From Octopus sinensis (Eukaryota), in assembly GCF_006345805.1 (NCBI RefSeq), contig NC_043005.1, positions 83,266,001 to 83,299,000 of the forward strand: a DNA stretch of 33,000 bases, in the 5' to 3' direction. The translations under genes and the position numbers were made by a program. The notes under the pieces were generated by a model. The model saw nothing but the letters and a program-made list of their open reading frames with translations, ran no database searches and was not told the DNA's origin. Positions 11,706 through 21,216 of this stretch are shown here, piece after piece (within the stretch, counting starts at the first letter, position 1; every line of letters starts with the position of its first letter).

Positions 11706-11919
11706 GCATATTGTTTGTTTTTTATCTCAAGTTATAGATAATCAATTTAACATGAAATTCAAGGACTACTCAATACTTTTTAGTAGAAGACATTTATTAT
11801 TTATTAACTATAACGAGAAAAAGATTGACAGTAACCTCAAGTTTTGTCTTACTTGCCGTTATTACGCTGATTAAAGCGAGCAAGGTAAAATTTCGAAGTT
11901 ATTATCAACCTTTCTTTCT

Positions 11920-12023
11920 ATGTATGTATGTAATGTATGTATGTATGTATGTATGTATTATGTATGTGTGTGTGTATGTATGTATGTGTATGTGTGCACG
12001 TGCGTAAGTACACACACACACAT

Positions 12024-12070
<47 letters not shown>

Positions 12071-12205
12071 GTGTGTGGTGTGTGTGTACATATATTACAT
12101 TACGCTATATATTATATTATATTATATATATTATATTATATTATATTATATTATATTATTATATTATATTTATTATATTATATTATATTACATTATATTA
12201 TATTA
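11920..12205. repeat. compound (TATG)n/(CA)n/(TA)n/(ATATT)n microsatellite
   Basis: Direct reading. Confidence 0.93.
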
Positions 12206-12288
12206 GAATTTTTGTTTGGACCAATTTAATTAAAACAGACATTAATATGGCATACTTAATGAATATGCATGGTTTGACACCGTGAGCA

Positions 12289-12535
12289 GTACTTCGTCCA
12301 GGGTAGGCTCTTGTATAACGTATTGTGTTTAAAAACACTATATACCTCTAGCTGGCCGAATCGGTTTGTTTCGATGGTGGATGAGTGTATTTTACTGAGG
12401 AGCTGAAATAACCGCGAAATATCTATAGTTTCGTCTCGCTTTCACTTCCGGAGCGATTTCGTTTTGCCTATCTTTGAGATATACTGCGTTTTTAAACGCA
12501 ATACATTTTAAAAGGATCCACCCTGGACGGAGTAC
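12289..12535. mobile_element. foldback element with ~55-bp imperfect inverted arms and central hammerhead-like motif
   Basis: 12289-12306 vs 12518-12535 match 16/18; 12320-12336 vs 12488-12504 match 16/17; CTGAGGA..GAAA at 12395-12419. Confidence 0.7.
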
Positions 12536-12689
12536 CGCACCTTGACTGTCTTTAACCATGCACGTACATTATGTACGTCATATGAATAATGTTTATATTA
12601 TATATGTGTGCGTAAATATGATAAACATTAAAAAGAACAGGAAAAATTAAGTTTGGTAAATATGGTATTAGTTTAACGCCTCAGAAAGA

Positions 12690-13140
12690 GTGTCTTAGTG
12701 TTTCAGTTGTTATATATACATACATAGTGAATAGATGAAACCAAAATGCGCTTAGTGCTGATCACACTAATCACTGTTTCTTTGGCCAGACATTAACTTT
12801 ATCTTCTTTATAGCTGGTCTTTATCAAGTTCTGTCTTCATCCCGTCCCACCCCATAACCACACCTTCTATTTCATTATCTCCCTTCCCTTCTTCTGACGC
12901 TTTTCTAACTAGCCCCCTCTGCTCTCTCTAAACTTTTATATTTGTAAACACTGCTAAACAGTTTGCATTTGCTACTCTGCTCATGAAAAAGAACACCCAA
13001 CTTACTTTAGCAATTTCATCGGAACTTGTCGATGGATGTCCATTATGTCATCCTGCAAATATTATTTATGGTGATGGTTTTATTACGTAAGTTATGGCCG
13101 TCTTGAAACAGCTGTGGGGGTAAGAGTTTACACAATTCTT
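12690..13140 (+). mobile_element. possible decayed Penelope-like 3' end
   Basis: GACATTAACTTTATCTTCTTTATAG resembles a GIY-YIG ORF terminus (GIN..FSF); downstream decayed hammerhead-like pieces (TTGTCGATGGATG ... CCGTCTTGAAACAGCTGT). Confidence 0.3.
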
Positions 13141-13246
13141 TTCTTCAGCTTCATTTTTCTTTATTTTTGCATTCTGTATTTTGTGCTCCATTTAAATATA
13201 CGTTCAAATCTTACTGTGTTTATCTACCTTACTACCAACATATGTT

Positions 13247-13262
13247 TATATATATATATATA

Positions 13263-13342
<80 letters not shown>
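13247..13342. repeat. (TA)n-(GT)n microsatellite
   Basis: Direct reading. Confidence 0.96.
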
Positions 13343-13344
<2 letters not shown>

Positions 13345-13679
13345 CCTCCGTCCCACCCTCTCGCTTTCTCTATCTTTCTCCTTCTCCAAATTTCTATCGT
13401 TGCCCTGTCGGACTTTGAAACTTTTCAAATGTAAGCTTGTTCTTTTTCCTTCGCTAGACTAATTCTTTCTAACATAGTAACGTATTAATATACGCATACA
13501 TGCCTATATCTTTTGCAGACTAGTGTGGTCATCTCTCTGAAAAAATAAATGTTACCTTTCCTCTTTCTTTAATTGAATACGTAGAAAGTTATATATATCC
13601 CAGCTTGCTCTCGTTGTTCACATGACCTCTCCCGCCCGCCCCCTAACCACCACTTCATCAACCAAACCAAACTGCTTGT

Positions 13680-14890
13680 GTGAGTTGCCTCTTACTGCAA
13701 GGACCTTGGGTAAGCCCAATCCCTAAAAAAATGTCAGGTCGCTCTTGTTCGCTACTGGTAACGTAACCCAGTACAACCTGTTACATAGTCGGGTCGTCGG
13801 CGACTAAACTGGCAACCCCACCAAGATGCAGGGCGAAAAATGAAACCTGTCATAAAGGGCGGAGAAACTCATGAGTAGTCAACAGCCATCCAACTATATA
13901 TGTGCATTTATTTTATTATGTATTTAATTCCATATATTAGGGGGAAGATGGGGCTCCCGAACCGTGGTGAAGGCTTCTCATCTAGGAGAGAGAAACTCTG
14001 ATATAAAGCCAGGTCTTTGGTTTCGGAGGGTCCCTTAACAAGGTTGTACTATAAGCAAACTCTGACTCATAGGGTAGACTAGGCTCTCCAGCTTGTTCAT
14101 AGCGGCTCGTCTAGGAGAAACCTCTGAAGAAAAAGCCTGAGGTGTGTTGTTCTTGGAATGTGGCACATATGGCCAGAATTCTTGCTATCATCACTTCAAA
14201 AAGTGTTACTGGTTCTATACAAGCCTTCAACACTCAAATCAAATTATGTGTAGGTTTTCTGACAACTTACCTTTATTCATTCAATACAGCATAGCTTCAA
14301 CTTGAAAAAATCCAAAAGTCCTCTGGCGCGAGAGTGAAAGCGGCAGGGACAGGTAAAGGATATTACTGAAAGTCTCTTGCAGGATCTCTATACAGTCGGC
14401 AACCATTGAGTGATGGCCGTTCCAGCACAGAACTTGTGAGTAACTGTGCTGTTCGTGTACTCCAGTGGTGACAAAGCAGGTCTGTTTAGACACAGCACTA
14501 CTTTCCCCAACGGAGGATGGGCGAGAAAAGATTGCTTAGTCACTTTAAACTTGGCAGCTTGCTGCAGCTATCTGGTTATTCAGTAACGCAGTCGAAACAT
14601 GAAGAAATCTAAGAAAATTAACTTTGTTTCTTGGAATGTGCGTACTCTCCAAGACAGTCACTCAGAACCAGAACGAAAAACAGCACTAGTTTCCCTTGAA
14701 CTAAAGTAATACAACATTGACATAGCTGCACTCAGGGAAACTCGTTTTGCAGGATCATCACAATCAGAGGAAAGTAAAGGTGGATACATATTTCCCTGGT
14801 GTGGAAGAAATAAAGATGAGCCACGCTACTCTGGTGTTGGTTTTGCCATCAAAGCAGAAATAGCTAGATCCTTTCTTTCTCTACCCACAC
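13680..14890 (+). mobile_element. RTE-clade LINE 5' portion (5' UTR plus start of ORF), 3' part missing
   Basis: TCTAGGAGA...AAACTCTGA motifs typical of RTE 5' UTRs, followed by an APE endonuclease N-terminus; truncated at (GT)n. The left boundary is approximate. Confidence 0.65.
14599..14890 (+). pseudogene. RTE-type apurinic-like endonuclease N-terminal fragment
   Basis: MKKSKKINFVSWNVRTLQDSHSEPERKTALVSLELK*YNIDIAALRETRFAG...GYIFPWCGR...SGVGFAIK: WNVRTL, IDIAALxETR and GVGFAI motifs; one premature stop. Confidence 0.88.
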
Positions 14891-15244
14891 GTGTGTGTGT
14901 GTGTGTGTTGTGTGTGTGTGTGTGTGTGCATAATATCATCATATTAAACATAGTTTAATTGTGCTATGTGTCTCGGTGAGAAGACAAAACATTGAGAAAA
15001 AGTGAACAAATAAAAAGTACGATTAAATTATCAAGATTAAGAGACTTACAAATGTGTCAAAATTTTACGAATTGATATTTCATGAAAATTCTAATACACT
15101 AACTAAAATGAATTACGAAATCTATAAAAGTTGTAGCTACAGTTGAAATATTTCTGCGTTGCAAAACATTACAACGATTTTCAATTACAATGGTGGCAAA
15201 AACTTGCTTTTCTACTATGAGCGTAAAAGATAGACATAATGTGC

Positions 15245-15276
<32 letters not shown>

Positions 15277-15290
15277 ATAACAAGCACAGA

Positions 15291-15883
15291 TATGGTTGTG
15301 TGGTTAAAAAGTTAGCTTTGCAACTACGTGGTTTTGAGTCCAGTGCCACTGCGCTGCACCTTGAGCAAACATCTTGTAGTTTGGCCCTAGGCAAACCAAT
15401 GCTTTTCGGGTGACTTTGGTAGGCGGAAGCTATGTGGAAGCCTGTTACGCGTACGTATGCACGCACGCACGAACGCATGCATGCATGCATGTATGTATGT
15501 ATTGCTTAACGGTTCAGCAAAAAGAGACTGATAAAATAAGTATCAGACTTAGAAAAAATACTGGAATCGATTTATTTGCCTTCAAAGTCGTGTCCCAGCA
15601 ATTAAAAAATTGTGGGGGGAGGGGTTGTGTGTGTGCGCGCGCGATTCTGTGTGTGTGTGTGTGCGCGTGCGATCTTTGTGTTTGTCCCTCCACACCACTT
15701 GAGAACCCAGTTGGTGTTTTTATGTTCCCGTAACATTAGCAGTTCGGCAAAACGAGTCCGATAGAATAAATGCAGGAAATTCAAAAGAATGAAGTACCGA
15801 GTCGATTTGATCGATTATATCCTTCAAAGTGATGCACCAGCATGGGCACAGTCTAATAACTGAAACAAGTAAATAAATAAAAG
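15291..15883 (+). mobile_element. SINE family A, long form with head, microsatellite and duplicated tail
   Basis: TATGGTTGTGTGGTTAAAAAG head; tail motif TTAACGGTTCAGCAAAAAGAGACTGATAAAATAAGTA (~15505) recurs as TAGCAGTTCGGCAAAACGAGTCCGATAGAATAAAT (~15738); ends CCAGCATGGGCACAGTCTAATAACTGAAACAAGTAAA. Confidence 0.8.
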
Positions 15884-16401
15884 CAATATAGATACTGAAA
15901 CAGACACTACTCTATCACATTAAGTTGGAATATAAGCTTTAAAAATAAAAGACAATTAAGGCCAAAAGAATAACGTCTGTGATATACCGAAGTGATCTTC
16001 ACGTGTCAAACTTTAAAGAAAATGAATTGGCGTGTCAAGAATATATAATATAACAGCTAAAAATTATTTTTTGAAAAAATATTTAGAAAATATAACATTT
16101 ATAATTATAGTTGAAATAGATTTTCTACTTTAAAAAATAACTGTAGTACACCATTTTTCAATTACTATGGTCACAAAAGAAATATCTTAATACAAATCAA
16201 AAGTCTACTATTTAATAAAAAGAAAGACATATTGATTAGCGTCGTTGTAGAAACACCTTTCAAGAGAAGATTTTCGTGAATTTCACGAAGGAAACTCAGA
16301 AAAGTTAATGAAAGCTTTCGGGCATTTCCCTCTTTGTATCTTAATGTTCTTCTTAGAGTCTGCTAGAACCAAACTTTACACACTTCTCGTAATAATATAT
16401 A

Positions 16402-16427
16402 CCGTATTTCCTGGTGTATAAGATGCA
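16402..16427 (+). mobile_element. isolated Tc2/pogo-like TIR remnant
   Basis: TA|CCGTATTTCCTGGTGTATAAGATGCA resembles CCGTATTT...TATAAGACGCA-type TIRs; no partner TIR found. Confidence 0.3.
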
Positions 16428-16671
16428 TTTTTATTTATTTTAAAATGTATCAAAAAATTGCTTTAAGTGTAATACAGCAGTATTGCGGATGGGAGACTGA
16501 GTATCGCACGTTAGGGAGCTGAACAAGTATGAGCTACTATGCTAGGCACAATAATTGATAAGTAAAATAAAATATTGGAAACAAACTAAATTCGCACACA
16601 TTTATGGAAGATTATTTACGGTAATGCATTGAAGACTTTCAACTATCACATTCACTAAAATAATTCATATA

Positions 16672-16966
16672 CGAGGGTCGGCTGAGAAGTTCATAGGCTG
16701 AATAAGATACTCTCATGGAATGTGACCAAATGAGGTTTATTTTTCGAAATTGTCCTCCTTGCGATCTACACACTTCTTCCAGTGGTGTGGCAGTGCTTGG
16801 ATCCCATGGGTGAAGAAGATCTAATCCTGTGTAATTAAAAAAGTCCTCAACAGCAGATATGACGTCATCACTGCGATACAGGTTCCCAGCAAATTAAGAG
16901 CAGATGATAATCAGATGAGGCCAAATCAGAAGAATCGGGAGAGTGATAAACCAGTTCAAAGCTCAT
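16672..16966 (-). mobile_element. mariner (DD34D) 3'-terminal fragment with TIR
   Basis: Minus frames FELVYHSPDSSDLASSDYHLL (cf. HPPYSPDLAPSDYHLF) and HGIQALPHHWKKCVDRKEDNFEK*; terminus TA|CGAGGGTCGGCTGAGAAGTTCATAGG. Confidence 0.85.
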
Positions 16967-17489
16967 AATTGTTGTACATATTTAAATGCAAATGTTACGA
17001 ATAATAAAAGATATAGAAGCTTACAAAAATATTATCGCGATCATTCTCATCTTCACAAATAGCCTATATTGTATTTTACAAACGATTAATTAACGACTAA
17101 AACCCATGAAAATGATGACCTACGAAAACTCCAAAAAGAATTCAAATGTACATAGTTGTTCCCATTTTTATGTCCGTTCATATATTGTATAGACAAATTG
17201 CTTACAATCGTCGTAACGCATTGTTGGCTAAAAAAAAATTATCGTTTGAACAACGAAACGAAACGCTGTTAACACAACAGTAATTTAATGTTCAATTTTA
17301 TTATTGAATTAGCACTTGATTTATCTATCGGCAAAAATAGAAGATAGTGCATGATCGATAAGAGGGAATGGATAGCAATGAGAAATTAAAGGAATTAGGG
17401 TTACATCCATCTAACGCTTCAGATGGGGGCAATGTTTATTTGAAGCGAATTTACATAATTTTCATAAATCCAACAGTGCCATCTTGTAG

Positions 17490-17650
17490 GTTATTACTCC
17501 CTGGTGAATGCTGATGATGTTGTACTGGGATAGTTTATTGACTATCAAGCCAGATTATTTGCAATTAAATGCCTATACCTATCTATCCACTATCCGTCAC
17601 ATAGCAGTATAGATCTACAAAATGCAACGGAAATGAAAGTCATGATTTAA
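17490..17650 (+). pseudogene. possible highly decayed LINE RT fragment
   Basis: Frame reads LVNADDVVLG*...LQNATEMKVMI, spaced like YADDVVL...IN..KTKVM; weak. Confidence 0.3.
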
Positions 17651-17664
17651 ACTCAGAATAGTTT

Positions 17665-17840
17665 CAGATTTAGGCACAAGACCAAGTATAGATATAAAAG
17701 GTATTAGTTGGTTCAATTGACCTCATTACTTATTGGTCTTTATTTAACGGCTCTGAAAGGATGAAAGGAAAAAGTTGCCCTCGGTGAAATTTGAACTAAC
17801 ATAGCGAGCATTTTTTTCTCGACGCTCAAACGATTCTACC
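17665..17840 (-). mobile_element. SINE family B, degenerate
   Basis: GATTTAGGCACAAG tail, GAAAGGATGAAAGG..GCCCTCGGTGAAATTTGAAC and CTCAAACGATTCTACCA motifs. Confidence 0.6.
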
Positions 17841-17959
17841 AAATTGCTGTGCTTAAGATTTATATGAAAGATATGGAGAAACGAAACTAAATACCCCAAG
17901 ACACCTATCTGGTGTCGTACAGTTTAAAAACCAGAAAGTACTTACTCATTTCCTGTTAG

Positions 17960-18175
17960 ACATCGAATTACAGAGTGGGACAAAATACCTAGCGGTGTCT
18001 AGTTACAACCTTTTGCATTCTAACGTCAAACATCGTCAGAATCAACTTGTTTTTTTATCCCTCATTGTGTTGATAAGGTACCAGTCGTTACATGGATCAA
18101 TTTAAGTGACTATACTAAAATTTGTGTCTATAATAGAAATCCCTAAAATTCAAGACCTTATGTCTATATTAGAAA
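17960..18175 (+). mobile_element. SINE family B, degenerate
   Basis: CAAAATACCTAGCGGTGTCT...TCAAACATCGTCAGAATCAACTTG..GATAAGGTACCAGT and CCTTATGTCTATATTAGAAA tail. Confidence 0.5.
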
Positions 18176-18984
18176 ACAGTGTGATAAGGCAGTATACTTG
18201 ATCCATTCTCACGCCTTGTTTAAAATTGTCATATGATGATCCTTAGATTTCATTAGCAAGTACTCGTACGAGTATGCAAAAGTATTCTATGAAACGTCTT
18301 TTTCTTAATTTGCTTCCTTACAAAGTCACTGAAGCTCTGCGAAAACATTACAGACACTGCTCTGTCCCTACTAAATAAAACTCCTTTACATTGTAAGTTC
18401 AAATTTCAGAGAAGATCTATTTACCATTCCTCTTTGCAGCACTGATAGAAGTAGGTAATGATTATGTTTCTGGATTGACTAAATACCATACCGATACTGA
18501 AAAATATATAAAAATGTTATGGCCATTTACCATAGATAGAACACATTATTAATTTCATGAAACAGTATCAATTTTTGGTGTTGGTTGGGAATTTTTCGCA
18601 GTTATTATTATTATTATCATTGTATTTTTATTTGCATTTTAGTTTATTTTGTTGTTGCTGATTTTGATTTTTGTTTTCTTTTGTTTTTGTTTTTTTACAT
18701 GAATAAAGTTCTTGGGCTGAATGTAATCGCTAATACAGACACAACTATCGATTTTTAGACGACCAACTTAAATAGTGATGATAAATACATAACGTTATCT
18801 AACCAATTCTCTATAGAATTCCATGTAATGCTCTTGCCTACGCTCAGTGGCAATTCAATTATCTACACCCATGCTTTAGAATTCATTCCACAAGATTTTC
18901 ACTTGTCTCGCTTTGTTGTTAATATTTCAGTTAAGAGCTGTTTCTTGAAATGGAATGTCAATGTAATCAGGTTGGGTTTGGTTC

Positions 18985-18994
18985 TCTCTCACAC

Positions 18995-19052
<58 letters not shown>

Positions 19053-19118
19053 TTCAGTAGAAACACACACACACACATATATCAATAGATAAATAGATAA
19101 ATACATACGCACACATAC

Positions 19119-19178
<60 letters not shown>

Positions 19179-19215
19179 ATATATATGTATGTATATATAA
19201 ATATATATATATTAT
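18985..19215. repeat. (CT)n, (CA)n and (TA)n/(TG)n microsatellites
   Basis: Direct reading. Confidence 0.93.
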
Positions 19216-19287
19216 TAATAATAATAATGTTTGAAGACTTGTACATCCACAAAATTTATTTTATAGTTATATACAGAATGTTACAAT

Positions 19288-19372
19288 GACCTACACGTGT
19301 TTCTACTACACAGACTACTCACTGTTGCAAATGCAGCCTTGCATTATTGTCGGCGTAGCTTCATCAGGGTCC
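19288..19372 (-). ncRNA. type I hammerhead-like motif with palindromic stem III (Penelope-type)
   Basis: Minus strand: GGACC-CTGATGA-A-GCTACGCCGAC...GTCTGTGTAGT-A-GAAACACGTGT-A-GGTC. Stem I GACC/GGTC; stem II 11 bp with 1 mismatch; ACACGTGT palindrome; GUA site. Confidence 0.5.
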
Positions 19373-19859
19373 GTCCATTTGATCATCCTCGAAGTGAATT
19401 CCCTTCGAAGATGACCGCTGCAGCGGAAACATGTGGAGATCATTATAATATGCTGTACACAACTATAAAATAATTTTTATGGATATACAAATCTCCATAC
19501 TCTTTATTATTAATTATATATACTCTAGACAATTTTTACCGTCCAGTTAATTCATTGAGGGACTAGCAATAAATTGTGGTCACAGACGTTAAATACTGAT
19601 TGTAGTGATTAACCGGTAACTGGAACTGAGAGCTAATACGGTATCCGCCCGGATAATATACCCCTCCAAATTCATGTGTGTGTGTGTACGTATATGTGTA
19701 TTTATATATGTACGTGTGTATTTATATATATATATATATATATATAAACATGTTCTTTAATTCAGTAACAGTTATGTTGATGATACTGATGATACTATTC
19801 TTTAATCTGATTTTCCTGGCAATACTTTTCCCTTGAGATTGTTGAAATTTGCTGCTGGT

Positions 19860-20650
19860 TTTGAGGTGAATCTACAGACTGTTAAGAAAGAGGGCAAGAG
19901 GTGGCTAACACTTTCAACCCTGGCAAGACTAAACACATGTCTCTCAGTGGGAAGCGAGATCCCTTTCTTCCTCTCATTTACATCAGTTATATGTCTGAGG
20001 TATCATATGGTGAGACAATCAAACCACTTGAGGAAAGGTCTTCTTTGAAATAGCTTGGTCTTATTTTCTTACCTCATCTTTCTAGGTGTTATTACATACA
20101 GTCAATCGGCAGATCTGCTTCCCGTGAGGTTGAGTCATTGTGTAGGACAAAGGACTACCTCACATAAGAGGTTATTTTGTTTCTTTGCAAGTCCACTATT
20201 CGTCCCTATATGGAATACTGTTGTCCTATTTCAGCAGGTGCACCATCTTGTCACTCGACCGGGTTCAGACCGGGTTGTCTCCTCGACCGGGTTCAGAAGC
20301 GAGTCTCTAATTTGATTGGTTCCGCTCTGTCTTCAACTTTGCAACGCTTGTCACAAGGACATAACGTCGCCAGTCTTAGTTTCGTCTATCGTTATTGCCA
20401 CAGGAAGTGCTCTGATGAACTTTCTCTCTTAATTCCAGATCACTTTGAGGTACTTCTATTAACTTGAATCTCACCACCTTTTCATCTAAACGTTGTACTT
20501 CTACGAATAAGGAAGTCTTTTAACGATCGTAGCTTTTTTTTTTTCTCGAACTACCAGACTTTGGAACTCGCATCCATCTCATTGTTTCCTTCCTTCTTAC
20601 GAGCTGAACTTTTTCAAGTCTAAAGTAAATTCATCCCTTTCGTATTAATT
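19860..20650 (+). pseudogene. CR1/L2-group LINE 3' end (RT thumb and C-terminus)
   Basis: RWLT-FNPGKTKHM; LCKSTIRPYMEYCCPISAGAP; LDRVQKRVSNLIG; NVASLSFVYRYCHRKCSDELSLLIP; SFFSRTTRLWNSHPSHCFLPSYELNFFKSKVN; followed by (CT)n. Confidence 0.88.
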
Positions 20651-20664
20651 CCTCTTTCTTCATA

Positions 20665-20666
<2 letters not shown>

Positions 20667-20752
<86 letters not shown>

Positions 20753-20760
20753 TTCTCTCC
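20667..20760. repeat. (CT)n microsatellite at LINE 3' end
   Basis: Direct reading. Confidence 0.95.
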
Positions 20761-21216
20761 CTAATACTTTATTTCTTCCTACGTTCTGACTTTCTGTCTG
20801 TCCTCTTGTCTCCAGTCCTACAGGACATTTTCATTTTCCTTTGCGTTACCCCGTATCTGCCCGTCTTGCGCCGCACGGCGTTTTTTTTTTTTTTTTTTGT
20901 ATAAGTATATCTTATTTGTCTTGGTCATTGTCTTGTACATTTGTTAGCTATAATGTCAACCAAAAGTGAGCAATATCAACGTTAAAGGCGCAAAATTGAA
21001 ATGATCTTTTGACCGTTGACTGATGAGGAATTAGCTACGAACTTTCTGTTAATGTTTTTGTAAAATTTTCCGTTTGTTGTGCTTTTGCTAACTTTTTTAA
21101 ATGTGTGTATGTGTGTGCGTGTGTGTGTGTGTATGTGTGTGTATGTGTGTGTGTGCGTGTGTGTGTGTGTATGTGTGTGTGTGAGTGTGTGTGCGCGCGC
21201 GTCTGTGTGTGTGTGT

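Noticed and set aside
18261-18274. Perfect 14-bp palindrome TACTCGTACGAGTA
   Set aside because: Short, isolated and without supporting context.
21020-21045. CTGATGAG...GAAC hammerhead-like string
   Set aside because: GAAC instead of GAAA and no convincing stems I-III.
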